This document shows positions 42,359 to 52,463 of a DNA stretch of 64,000 nt, piece after piece. This DNA comes from Candidatus Zhuqueibacterota bacterium. GTDB lineage: Bacteria; Zhuqueibacterota; QNDG01; JABMRT01. A model generated the notes under the pieces. It made no database searches. It worked only from the letters and a program-made list of their open reading frames with translations, and was not told the DNA's origin. The translations under genes and the position numbers were made by a program. The stretch covers positions 16,109 through 80,108 of the forward strand of contig JABMRT010000118.1 in NCBI GenBank assembly GCA_013202295.1, written 5' to 3'. Within the stretch, counting starts at the first letter, position 1. Each line of letters starts with the position of its first letter.

Positions 42359-42922
42359 ATGAAAAAGTGGATTGTCGTTCTAGGGATCATGATCCTTGCC
42401 GGTTTGATCGTTTCATGCAGTATCAAACCCCCTGAAGTTCGGGTCACCGGCGAGATGACTGCGCTTGAAAACGAAGTACTGGGAACGTATCGTGAGATTG
42501 AGCAGGACACATGGATGGTGGCTTCCACCCGGTCTTCAGGGACTGGAAAAGGACAGACGCTCTCACCAGAGAAGAAACTTGTGCTTGACGCCAAACGGCG
42601 GCAGAAATTCAATCAGGATGATGTCATGGAAATGAAGACCGCCAAATTGATTGGTGAAAACAATCAGGGATTTCTTGAGGTGGTTGACAATGAGAAGCTT
42701 CAGGTCGATTCCGAAAAAGAGGAGTTTGTGACCATTTTGGTCACGGAAGAGAATGAAGACCGTGAAGTCATTGTGGATCGGGTGATTGAACTGAATGAAA
42801 ACCTGAAGGATGCTGTGCGTGAAAACATACTTGCGATCTTTGCTGAGATGAATCAAAAAAATTCGCCGATTGGCTCCTGGATTCAGGATCATATTGGCAA
42901 ATGGATACTGAAAGCAGAATGA
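42359..42922 (+). CDS. Lipoprotein of unknown function
   Basis: GGAGG RBS. Signal peptide with lipobox 'LIVSC'. A Glu/Lys-rich soluble domain. It overlaps the start of the downstream giant gene by 22 nt. Confidence 0.55.
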   Translation: MKKWIVVLGIMILAGLIVSCSIKPPEVRVTGEMTALENEVLGTYREIEQDTWMVASTRSSGTGKGQTLSPEKKLVLDAKRRQKFNQDDVMEMKTAKLIGENNQGFLEVVDNEKLQVDSEKEEFVTILVTEENEDREVIVDRVIELNENLKDAVRENILAIFAEMNQKNSPIGSWIQDHIGKWILKAE

Positions 42923-45900
42923 AACGTTTTCTCCACAGCACTCTTTTTATCCTGATCGTTCTGGCCGCTACATGGCTGTCAGCGGGGGATGAACTGCCCG
43001 ATATAAAGCAGATGACTACCCATCCCGGGCAGGATTTCGATCCGGCCATCTCTCCGGATGGCAAATGGATGGCATTTTGTTCGGATCGCTTAGGCAATCT
43101 GGATATTTGGATCAAACCTGTTCCGCGCGGCACTGCGGTCCAGGTTACCTTGCATCAGGCAGATGACGCAGAACCCGTTTGGATGCCGGACAGCAAAGGA
43201 TTGATTTTCGTGTCTAAACGGCGCGATGCAGAGGGCGATCTCTGGTCAATCCAAATTAACGATAAGGGGGGTACGCCTAAAGGCAAGCCGAAGCAGCTTA
43301 CGGACTGGCTGGGATATGACGGTGATCCCTCGGTTTCACCGGACGGCAGGCAAGTGGTCTTCAGCTCCAGACGAAGTGGTCAATCCGAACTTTGGATTCT
43401 TGATCTGCGCTCGAAACGAACCACCCGTTTGACTTTATGGGGAGGGTCACATCCAGCCTGGTCCCCAATTGATAATCGCATTGTTTATACGCATATCGAA
43501 TCGGATGAGGGCGCCTCCCTTTATCTTCTTCGGGCGGATGGTTCCGAACAACTCGACTCGCCCGCTATCCCGCTTACTGCGGGTCAATTTGTAGATATAG
43601 AGCCGGCCTGGTCCGCGGATGGACAATCCATCATTTTTCAGCGCTATCCCTACATCACCAAATCCAATCTTAACAATGCTTTGATGTTTAGAAGCGCGCT
43701 CTGGAAGAAAGAAGTGCCATCCCACATAGACAACACCGATCAGGAAACGTTAACATCCTCACTCGAAATTCAGATTACCGGCGTGCTGTATCATGATCAA
43801 TCGCCGAATTGCTCCTCTGCGGGGATGCTGACTTTCACCTCTTCCCGAAGCGGCAGTCTGGATATTTGGTCCATGCCGGATTGCGGTCTCTTTCCTAAAA
43901 TGGAATCAGCGAGAGAGCAGTACAGCAAAGTGATGGACCGGTTCAGCACGGTTATTACCCCGGAAGCCCTGCATCAAGCCATTCTTGGATATGGATGCGT
44001 GCTAAATTATTTCCCCTCCGATTTAATGATGGGCGCACGTTCATTAATTCGAATTGCAGATCTGTACCAACTCCTCGAAGACAACAACCAAGCGCGAGTA
44101 GCACTCCACCACATTCTGGATTCCTATTCTGATCAGCATCGCGAAGCGGCGCAGGCCCTGTTGAAACTGGCGTCCCTGAAGGACACACCCCTTGATGAGC
44201 GCATCGCGCAGTGTCATGAGATTCTGATGATGTATCCTGATCAGGAACAGGCTTTGGCCGAAATGCATGTTCTGTTGGGTGATTTGTACCTCGAGTCGGG
44301 CCGGATCGGGGAAAGTCTAAATACCTACAGCCAGGTGACTCAACCTCCGACACGTGTCAACTGGCGCGCGCAGGCCCATCTGAGAATTGGGGACTTGTTT
44401 CAGAAAACCGATCAAAAAGAAACCGCGCGAACCAGTTACTATACCGTGCTCCGGGAATTTGGGCATATTCCCATCTGGAGGCAAAGAGCCATTGACAGAT
44501 TGCTGGGTCAGGTTGAGGGCTCCGCACGACGATCCACCATCGCATATCAACGTATTATCCAGGCCGCTGTTGAGTTTCCGCCGCTCGTAGCCCAGGCGCA
44601 GCTGGCTCTTTGTCACATTCTCGTTGAAGAAGGCCAGTACGAAAGGGCATTGCGTGAGCTGGAGGAGATGGCATACCTGGTTCCTTCAGAGCAGTGGGCG
44701 CAAGCTGAAGCCAGAATCCTTGAAGCTGAAGTCTACAGTTTGATGGATGATGATCTTAAAGGGATCCTGCGTCTTGAAGGGGCAATCCAGGAATATGAAA
44801 CCCTGGAAGGCGGGATTTATGCGATGAAGGTCCGCGACACCTTGTTCCGGATTCTTTTCGAATCGGCTGAATCCCTGCGCTTGAATCAAGACTATGATCT
44901 CGCCGGTGCGAGATATCGCAAAGCATTGACCCTCCGATCCAAAGATGTGGCCTGCCATCGCGGACTCATCGAATGCATGTCCCGCACAGGTCGTATCCAT
45001 GGACAGATTCAATTTTATGAGGAAAATATCCAGGTTGAACCGGAAGATCCGGTACTGCTTTACGGTCTGGGTCTGGCATACTCCTATGCCGGTGAACGGA
45101 ACATCGATGATCTTGAGCAATCCAATTATTTTCTAATGCGTGCCCTCTCGGAAGACTATCGCATGATTTATCCTTATCGGGCACTGAGTTTCAATTATGA
45201 GCTAATGGAAAGGTTGACCGTCGAAGCCACGCAAAAGAAACCAGGCTTTTTTAAAGCTTTAGGCAACCGGGTCGTTTCACCCTTTAAATGGGTGGCAGAG
45301 AAACTGCCGTTCGGCGAGCAAGAAATCAAGGTCGGATATTATGAGAAAGCCATCGAAGTACTGATTACCGCACTCGAGCTGAATGATGAATCACAGGATC
45401 CGCGCATGGAGGCGTTGCTGGCCCAGAATCTGGCGAACAATTATTATAATCTCGGCGAATTCGGATTTCAGAAAGCATTTCAATATTATCAAACCCGCCT
45501 TGAACTGGATTCGGTTTTTTCCAATCCCCTGGAGAAAGCGGTCTTTCATGAACGGGCCGGACATTGCGGTGCAGTCACTGGTGCAGGCGAACGCGCCGAG
45601 TACTTCCTGACGACTGCGATTCAGATCCATCAGGATCTGGGACGGTTTCGTGATGTGTATCGGAACGAAAAAATGCTGGCATTTCATTATCAACTGAATG
45701 GCCAGTATGAAGATGCGGTCATTCTTTATGATAAGCTGGCAGATGTGGATGATCGCGAGGGGCGATGGGATGAGCTTGAGCGGGACTATCGGAACAGTGC
45801 ATATAATTTTTATCTGATGGGTGAACCCGAGGATGCGATTGAATATGCAAAACGCGCAGAGCGAATCCTCCAGACTCAAAAAATGCCAAAAGGGCCGCCG

Positions 45901-48900
45901 GAGAAGAGTTATCTGCGCGTCGGGATTTTAGGATTTTCGATTCCCGTTTGGGGAATGGAGGAGATTGGTGGGGCCTCTTCAGGCGGATTCACTCTGGCTG
46001 AAGAAGCGGCTTTTGTGTACAATCTGTTAAGCCGATGCCATGAGCAGATCGGTGATTATGATCAGGCTCTTCATTATGAACGAAAACGGCGCGACATTTT
46101 CTTTTCCAGAAAAGACCGACTGGGTGAACGGATCAGTCAATCCCGTCTGGGGAGTCTGTATTTTCAGAAAGGTTATTATGAAACAGCTTGGATTCGTTTC
46201 GGAGACGCGCGGATTCTGTGCATAAAAAAGGAGGATTCTGACGGCCGATGGACCAACGTGGTTAATCTCGCGCACACTGCGGTTGTGATGATGGCCAATG
46301 AGAACCGGGATGCACATCTGGACCCCGCCCTGGAAATACTGGCAAAGGAAGAGGACTTGTTGACAGAAGAACAGGCTTCTCCGGATCGCCATCTTGCAGT
46401 GCAGAGTCTCATGGGCACACTCCTGTTTCTTAAGACAAAATCCATCTCAGCAAGTTCAGACACTCTGGAAAAAACGATTTCTCAAACCTTGCAGCGAATA
46501 GCTTTCGCAGAGGAGGCGATGTCTTATTTCCAACTCGCCCTTATTCTTGCTCGGGAAATCGGAGATTGGAAGCAGGAAAGTACATTACTTAAGAATCTAT
46601 CCGAGGTCAGCCTGATCGTCGGGGATCGCCTTACCGCCTATGATTATCTTCGAAGAAGCGTACGGCTCCTTGAGAAGAATGGAGAGGAATCCCTGCTTTG
46701 GCGTCTCAAATACAGCCTGGCCAATCAACTTCTCACACTTTCTGAAGCAGATCGAGCGCTTCTCAATGAAAAACGCACCCCTTCCAAGTTATACCGTGAA
46801 GCCATTTCTGATCTTGAATCTCTGCCCGTTATGGAAGAGGCAGGGCAAGGTCAACTTTCGGATCGGACAGATCGGATGCATCTTTACGAAGATGGGGCCA
46901 TTGAATACCTCCGGCTTGGCCAGATTGAAGGAGCGTTGACCCTGATTGAAAAGGGCAAGCAAAAATCCCTGGCAGATATTTTGGCCAGGCGGCCGCCCAA
47001 GCTTCGACGTGAACGGCATAAAATCGTCTGGGGCAATCTTCGATACGTGAGAACCCGTATTCATGAAATCCGAAAACAGATTCTGGAAGAGCGTTCTGAT
47101 AAAAATCGGCCATCCATTCTTCAAACCGCACGTGCGGATCTAAGGCGCTATCAAAATGAATATGCAGAGATACTCCAGGACATTCAGACCGAAGATGAGG
47201 TGCTCGCCTATCTCTCCGGCGCGTATCCTGTAAATATTAAAGCTGCACGCAATCATCTCGATGAGGATTCAGGCATACTCTATTATTCAGCTCTGGGTGA
47301 AACCATCCACCTCTTTGCCCTGGACAAGGACACAGTTATCACGCGGAAACTCAAGTTTTCGCGATCCGAACTGGTGAACTTGAAGCGGGGATTTCTCCGA
47401 GCCATTGAAAGCGACAGTCTCACGGATTTGTTCAGTCAATATCTCTATCCCGGATTGATCCAGCCGGTTGAGTACTTCATAGAAAGTAAATCAAATTTGA
47501 TTATTGTGCAGGACAATCCGACACGGCAAATACCTTTCTGCGCGCTCTCGGATGCAGAGGGGCCGATGCTTGATCGCTGGACGATTTCCTACGCGCCCAG
47601 TCTGACTGCATACACACTCGCGGCTTCCCGCCGAAGGATTTCCCAGAATCGAAGTGGTGTATTCGGACTTGCATCCTATTCGGAATCCAAAAATCCCGAG
47701 GCATTCAGTCAAGAGAGTATCCCGTTCCCTCACAGTTTTAAAGATGAACTGGACACGCTGGATCAGGTCTATCTGGGCGGCCGGTTTGAGATGAATGTAG
47801 CTGACCCCATCCATTCCATATTTCAATTGAAGGGTGAAGCGGGTGATTCTACACTGCAACTTCAAAACCTTTTTTCGATGGATATCGCATCCAGTCTGCT
47901 GTTCTTTTTCCATTCTGATTCCAGCAGGGTTGGAGACAATTTTGCCCCGGATCTCTGGTGCCTTTCACTGCTCTATGCCGGTGTGCCGACCTGCGGATTT
48001 TCATGGTGGCCCCCATCTCAGGATGCTTTCCGACCATTTTTTGAAGCCTTTCATGCAGCGATCCAAACCGAATCTTACGCGGATGCTCTGGCCGAAGCAC
48101 AGGTTTCACTGATGCATCAGGGCCGTCCCATGCGGGATTGGGCCGGTATTCAACTCTCCGGATTCGAGGGCATGCGACTGGAGAATCGTATCCAATTTGC
48201 CAAAGAAAATCTGGTGGCCACTGTCATTAAGGGACGCGCTTTTGCGGAGCGCAGTGAATATCCCGATGCGGTAATGAGCCTGGAAGAAGCGCTGGGTATG
48301 GCCCGGGCATTGGATGACAACCGTTCAGGGAATCTTCTTGAAACGGAAATCATCGCCACAAGCATGCAGGGCGGCTTGTGGGACAAAGCCATTGTCTATC
48401 AGAGTCGTCACCTTGATCAGGCCATCCAAACCGAAGATCGGGATGGAGAGTTGCAGGCAAGAAACAACCTGTCCGTCTTCTATTTACGAAATGGAAATCC
48501 GGATGAGGCCGTACAGATGAAGCAAGTTGTCCTGGATTTGATTAAGGAGAGCGGAAGCGCTGAGGCGCAAGTAAAAGCCAGTGAGGAAATGGCGTTTCTT
48601 TTCTCTCAAAGCGGGCAATGCAATCAGGCGGCCGTGTGGGCAGACACTCTGCTTCAGCTCCATCAAACCGTTCATGACAGTGCGGGTATGGCCCATGCGC
48701 TTCTCCTCCTGGGCAGATTTCAGCTTGAAGGCGAACGCTACTGGTCGGCCCGTGATGTGCTTCTTCAAGCGATTTCAATATTTGAAACACAGATCCAACC
48801 GAACCGGAATATCCTTACAAATATCGCTATAGAACATGCTTCGGCCTATCAGCTTCTTGGGTTGGTCAATGAAAAGCTGGTACGTTACGAAGAAGCGATT

Positions 48901-51114
48901 GATTGCCAGATTACAGCCTTGCAAAAATTTCAGGGGCTCAGACAAAATCCTCAAATTGCGCTGGCAAGACAATATCTGGCGAACCTCTACTGGGAAATGG
49001 GAGATTACCGAAGGGCCATTCAATTTCAGCGGGAAGCGCTTTCCGCGTTTGAAAAACAGAAAGATCAGAAATTGCTTGCTATGGCGCACAGTACGCTCGG
49101 GCTGATTCAAATGAGTTTGGGCGATCTGGTGACTGCGCGTGGGTCTGAACTTAATGCGTATCAACTTGCAGAGTCCTCTGGCAGTCTTGCTGATCAGGCT
49201 ACGATTCTAAAGAATATGGGGCTGATTGCAATCCAAAGTGGTGAGAACCAGCAGGCATACAATCACTTGATGCAGGCGGCACGTATTGACAGTACTGCGG
49301 GATTGCAGCGTGGCCTGGCCTATGATTACCGTAATCTGGGGCAGCTGCTTCTACGAATGGATCGCATTCAGGAGGCAGAGCTATTCCTGCAAAAAGGCCT
49401 TGAACTTTCAAGTCTGGCGGATGACAAGCGCAATATGGTTCAATGCCATCTAGCATTTGGCGAGCTATTCCTGCTTGCCCATGATTACAATCGTGCCATG
49501 ACACATCTGGATCAAGCGATGTTTCATGCCAAAGGATTGGTGCTTCCTGAAATTGTGTGGCGCATCCATCGCAAACGGGCTGCTGCCTGGATTGGGCGTC
49601 AGGATTATAATAAGGCACTGATTGATTATGAAGAGGCGGTCAGGATCGTCGAAGCATTGCGCGCCGAGTTGAAAGTAGATGCTCTGAAGCAGGGATTCAT
49701 TGACAATAAGATGGACCTTTACGTGGATATGGTTGAGCATTTGGTACGTATGGGCCGGACTGAGGACGCCTTTCATTTTGTGGAGCGAGCCAAATCCAGG
49801 AGTTTTATTGACATGCTGGGCAATCAGGATGTCGTCCTTCCGAAAGCTGAAGGAGAACTGCTCGAACGCGAGAAAGATGCGCGAAATCGAATCCAGGAGC
49901 TTCAAGGAAAAGCAGCCAGTCTGACGGAGAGAGAACAATTGACTGCGGGCGAACAATCCGAACTGGATCGGCTCAATCTGGAACTCATCCAGGCCCGGCA
50001 GTCTTATCAGGAAGCGCTGGTTGAAATCCAGCAAACCAATCCTGAACTGGTGGGTTTTGTGAGTGTGGATCCAATTCAGGCAAGCGCACTCCAGCAACAA
50101 TTACCAGACAGCACGGCCATCCTTGAATATTATCTGACATCCGGGCGGCTTTATATCTGGATGATTCGCCGGGAGGGTGTTCAGATACGGCGGTCGGTCG
50201 TAAGCGTTCAACAACTCGAAAGTTTGGTTAAATCATTGCGTGAGGGAATCGAATCGCATCTCTCCATATTCTCCGAGACCCGCGCGCTTTATGATCTGCT
50301 CATCCTGCCCTTTGAGGTGGAAATGGCCGCAGTTCGCCACGTGGTGATTGTGCCGCACGGCATATTGCATTATCTGCCATTTGCGACACTCCAAGATGAG
50401 AGCGGCAGGGTTCTGATTGATCGTGTATCGCTTTCGCTTTCGCCGAGCGCCACGGTTTTGGGTTATTGCCTTGAAAAGGGTGAAACGCAACGCCGAAAGG
50501 TTCGAGACATTTCTGTCCTGGCACTGGGCAATCCCAATTTAGGCAGCCCCAGATTTGATCTGCCGTTTGCCGAGAAAGAGGTCGTGAGCCTTGAGCGGGC
50601 CTTTGATGAGGTGTCTGTGTATTTTCACGATGAGGCCACTGAGAAAAATGCGAAAGACCATGCTTCTGAACATGAAATATTGCATTTTGCATGTCATGCG
50701 ACCTATGAGCCGGAGTCCCCGCTCTTTTCCGCTTTGCTTCTGAAGGCCGGCGGGCAGTTTGAGGATGGCCGGTTGGAGGCCCATGAAATTTTCGGCCTGG
50801 ATCTGGACTGTGATCTGGTCGCGCTTAGCGCTTGCGAAACCGGTCTCGCGCAGATCACGCAAGGCGATGAAATTATCGGATTGGCGAGAAGTTTTATTTT
50901 CGCGGGCGCATCTTCCATCATTACCAGCCTGTGGAAAGTTGATGATTTAGCTACTGCTGTAATGGTCAAGAGGTTCTACCGATATCTTTCGGCTGGATAT
51001 TCCAAAGCAGAGGCTCTGAGAAAGGCACAGCTTGTAGTGAAGAATTCTGTGAACAGCCATCCCTCAGCATGGGCGGCGTTCGGATTGACCGGAGATTTTA
51101 AAGCGCTCCATTAG
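42901..51114 (+). CDS. Giant (2737 aa) secreted protein: N-terminal TolB-like PD40 beta-propeller, very long TPR array, C-terminal CHAT (caspase-like) protease domain
   Basis: Signal peptide 'FILIVLAATWLSAG'. PD40 repeats ('SPDGKWMAFCSDRLGNLDIWI', 'MPDSKGLIFVSKR', 'SPDGRQVVFSSRRSGQSELWI', 'SADGQSIIFQR'). More than 40 TPR-like units across aa ~340-2400. The C-terminal CHAT carries the catalytic dyad contexts 'ILHFACHATYE' (His) and 'LVALSACETGLAQ' (Cys), and ends '...HPSAWAAFGLTGD'. Confidence 0.8.
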   Translation: MDTESRMKRFLHSTLFILIVLAATWLSAGDELPDIKQMTTHPGQDFDPAISPDGKWMAFCSDRLGNLDIWIKPVPRGTAVQVTLHQADDAEPVWMPDSKGLIFVSKRRDAEGDLWSIQINDKGGTPKGKPKQLTDWLGYDGDPSVSPDGRQVVFSSRRSGQSELWILDLRSKRTTRLTLWGGSHPAWSPIDNRIVYTHIESDEGASLYLLRADGSEQLDSPAIPLTAGQFVDIEPAWSADGQSIIFQRYPYITKSNLNNALMFRSALWKKEVPSHIDNTDQETLTSSLEIQITGVLYHDQSPNCSSAGMLTFTSSRSGSLDIWSMPDCGLFPKMESAREQYSKVMDRFSTVITPEALHQAILGYGCVLNYFPSDLMMGARSLIRIADLYQLLEDNNQARVALHHILDSYSDQHREAAQALLKLASLKDTPLDERIAQCHEILMMYPDQEQALAEMHVLLGDLYLESGRIGESLNTYSQVTQPPTRVNWRAQAHLRIGDLFQKTDQKETARTSYYTVLREFGHIPIWRQRAIDRLLGQVEGSARRSTIAYQRIIQAAVEFPPLVAQAQLALCHILVEEGQYERALRELEEMAYLVPSEQWAQAEARILEAEVYSLMDDDLKGILRLEGAIQEYETLEGGIYAMKVRDTLFRILFESAESLRLNQDYDLAGARYRKALTLRSKDVACHRGLIECMSRTGRIHGQIQFYEENIQVEPEDPVLLYGLGLAYSYAGERNIDDLEQSNYFLMRALSEDYRMIYPYRALSFNYELMERLTVEATQKKPGFFKALGNRVVSPFKWVAEKLPFGEQEIKVGYYEKAIEVLITALELNDESQDPRMEALLAQNLANNYYNLGEFGFQKAFQYYQTRLELDSVFSNPLEKAVFHERAGHCGAVTGAGERAEYFLTTAIQIHQDLGRFRDVYRNEKMLAFHYQLNGQYEDAVILYDKLADVDDREGRWDELERDYRNSAYNFYLMGEPEDAIEYAKRAERILQTQKMPKGPPEKSYLRVGILGFSIPVWGMEEIGGASSGGFTLAEEAAFVYNLLSRCHEQIGDYDQALHYERKRRDIFFSRKDRLGERISQSRLGSLYFQKGYYETAWIRFGDARILCIKKEDSDGRWTNVVNLAHTAVVMMANENRDAHLDPALEILAKEEDLLTEEQASPDRHLAVQSLMGTLLFLKTKSISASSDTLEKTISQTLQRIAFAEEAMSYFQLALILAREIGDWKQESTLLKNLSEVSLIVGDRLTAYDYLRRSVRLLEKNGEESLLWRLKYSLANQLLTLSEADRALLNEKRTPSKLYREAISDLESLPVMEEAGQGQLSDRTDRMHLYEDGAIEYLRLGQIEGALTLIEKGKQKSLADILARRPPKLRRERHKIVWGNLRYVRTRIHEIRKQILEERSDKNRPSILQTARADLRRYQNEYAEILQDIQTEDEVLAYLSGAYPVNIKAARNHLDEDSGILYYSALGETIHLFALDKDTVITRKLKFSRSELVNLKRGFLRAIESDSLTDLFSQYLYPGLIQPVEYFIESKSNLIIVQDNPTRQIPFCALSDAEGPMLDRWTISYAPSLTAYTLAASRRRISQNRSGVFGLASYSESKNPEAFSQESIPFPHSFKDELDTLDQVYLGGRFEMNVADPIHSIFQLKGEAGDSTLQLQNLFSMDIASSLLFFFHSDSSRVGDNFAPDLWCLSLLYAGVPTCGFSWWPPSQDAFRPFFEAFHAAIQTESYADALAEAQVSLMHQGRPMRDWAGIQLSGFEGMRLENRIQFAKENLVATVIKGRAFAERSEYPDAVMSLEEALGMARALDDNRSGNLLETEIIATSMQGGLWDKAIVYQSRHLDQAIQTEDRDGELQARNNLSVFYLRNGNPDEAVQMKQVVLDLIKESGSAEAQVKASEEMAFLFSQSGQCNQAAVWADTLLQLHQTVHDSAGMAHALLLLGRFQLEGERYWSARDVLLQAISIFETQIQPNRNILTNIAIEHASAYQLLGLVNEKLVRYEEAIDCQITALQKFQGLRQNPQIALARQYLANLYWEMGDYRRAIQFQREALSAFEKQKDQKLLAMAHSTLGLIQMSLGDLVTARGSELNAYQLAESSGSLADQATILKNMGLIAIQSGENQQAYNHLMQAARIDSTAGLQRGLAYDYRNLGQLLLRMDRIQEAELFLQKGLELSSLADDKRNMVQCHLAFGELFLLAHDYNRAMTHLDQAMFHAKGLVLPEIVWRIHRKRAAAWIGRQDYNKALIDYEEAVRIVEALRAELKVDALKQGFIDNKMDLYVDMVEHLVRMGRTEDAFHFVERAKSRSFIDMLGNQDVVLPKAEGELLEREKDARNRIQELQGKAASLTEREQLTAGEQSELDRLNLELIQARQSYQEALVEIQQTNPELVGFVSVDPIQASALQQQLPDSTAILEYYLTSGRLYIWMIRREGVQIRRSVVSVQQLESLVKSLREGIESHLSIFSETRALYDLLILPFEVEMAAVRHVVIVPHGILHYLPFATLQDESGRVLIDRVSLSLSPSATVLGYCLEKGETQRRKVRDISVLALGNPNLGSPRFDLPFAEKEVVSLERAFDEVSVYFHDEATEKNAKDHASEHEILHFACHATYEPESPLFSALLLKAGGQFEDGRLEAHEIFGLDLDCDLVALSACETGLAQITQGDEIIGLARSFIFAGASSIITSLWKVDDLATAVMVKRFYRYLSAGYSKAEALRKAQLVVKNSVNSHPSAWAAFGLTGDFKALH

Positions 51115-51175
51115 CAACCATGTACATTGATTTATTGATCTATCCATTATTAATAACATCGGACCGGGAAAGAAC

Positions 51176-51976
51176 ATGACAATGGATCACATACTAAATA
51201 CAGCGATTGAAGCTGCACGTAAAGGCGGCCGCATCCTTTGTGACGGATTCGGCACATTACAGTCGAGCCAGGTTTCGCTCAAAGGGGCTGGCGATTATGT
51301 AACGGATTGCGATCACGCATCCGAAAAAGCAATAATCGCGCTTCTCCGTGATAACTTTCCTGACCATACGATACATGCTGAAGAATCCGGATCGGACCTT
51401 ATAAAGTCCAATTCAGAATGGTTTATTGATCCGCTTGACGGCACGGCTAATTTTGTGCAGGGCATTCCGGTATTTGCTGTTTCCCTGGCATGGGTTCAGG
51501 ACGGACAGATCCAGATCGGCGTGGTTTATGACCCCATGCGCGATGAATTGTTTCACGCGATGAAGGGACAGGGTGCATGGCTGAATGGTCAACTAATTCA
51601 CGTTTCCGGGAAGACTGATCTTTCCACAGCCATGCTGGCTACTGGATTTCCGTGGCGGTCCAAATCCTATTTGGATGATTATTTAGAATCCTTCAAGGTC
51701 TTGTTTCAAGCGGTGGCCGGAATGAGACGACTGGGCACCGCAGCTTTGGATTTGGCATATACAGCTTGCGGCCGGTTTGACGGATTCTGGGAGATGAAGC
51801 TGAAACCCTGGGATATTGGTGCCGGAATCATCATGGTTCAGGAAGCGGGCGGCATCGTTTCAGATTTTTCGGGCGACGCGGGTTTCTTTGAATCCGGTAA
51901 TATGGTGGCCGGGTCTCCGGCAATTCACGCAAAAATGAGTGAGATCACCCGGAAGATACTTTCTCGCATCAAATAA
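51176..51976 (+). CDS. suhB: Inositol monophosphatase family protein (SuhB-like)
   Basis: Motifs '[12 protein letters not shown]' and 'WDIGAG' typical of IMPase/SuhB. 266 aa. Confidence 0.85.
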   Translation: MTMDHILNTAIEAARKGGRILCDGFGTLQSSQVSLKGAGDYVTDCDHASEKAIIALLRDNFPDHTIHAEESGSDLIKSNSEWFIDPLDGTANFVQGIPVFAVSLAWVQDGQIQIGVVYDPMRDELFHAMKGQGAWLNGQLIHVSGKTDLSTAMLATGFPWRSKSYLDDYLESFKVLFQAVAGMRRLGTAALDLAYTACGRFDGFWEMKLKPWDIGAGIIMVQEAGGIVSDFSGDAGFFESGNMVAGSPAIHAKMSEITRKILSRIK

Positions 51977-51998
51977 AATTAGATGGAGGGCGCTAGCC

Positions 51999-52412
51999 AT
52001 GAAATTTTTCACGGATTATCACTGGTTCCACACAGAGAAGAAACGGGAGCTAATCAATATCACAGACAAGGTGCATGACGCGGTGGTTCAATGCGGCATA
52101 AAGGAAGGCATGGTGCTGGTATCCGCCATGCATATCACGGCAGGGGTGTTTGTGAATGACCATGAATCCGGATTGTGGCAGGATATTGATGACTGGGTCG
52201 AATCGGTGGCTCCTTTTAATCCCGATTATCGCCATCATCGTACGGGCGAGACCAATGGAGATGCGCATTTGAAAAGTCTGCTTGTGCATCATCAGGTGAT
52301 TGTCCCAGTGACTGAAGGCAAGCTGGATCTCGGTCCCTGGCAGCAGGTTTTCTATGCTGAATTTGATGGGATGCGGCGAAAGCGGTTGTTGATCAAGGTG
52401 ATGGGGGAGTGA
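51999..52412 (+). CDS. yjbQ: YjbQ/UPF0047 family protein (secondary thiamine-phosphate synthase-like)
   Basis: Start ATG at 51999 preceded by GGAGGG. Conserved '[15 protein letters not shown]' and '[26 protein letters not shown]'. Confidence 0.85.
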   Translation: MKFFTDYHWFHTEKKRELINITDKVHDAVVQCGIKEGMVLVSAMHITAGVFVNDHESGLWQDIDDWVESVAPFNPDYRHHRTGETNGDAHLKSLLVHHQVIVPVTEGKLDLGPWQQVFYAEFDGMRRKRLLIKVMGE

Positions 52413-52463
52413 AGAGCGTTTTTGAATGATGATTTTGACGGTTTTTCACCACACGAGGTTTAA

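Noticed and set aside
42359-42922. Assignment of the lipoprotein as YnbE/YdbL-like partner of a YdbH-type AsmA protein
   Set aside because: The size (187 aa) and sequence do not fit the small E. coli YnbE/YdbL proteins that I recall. It is left as a lipoprotein of unknown function.
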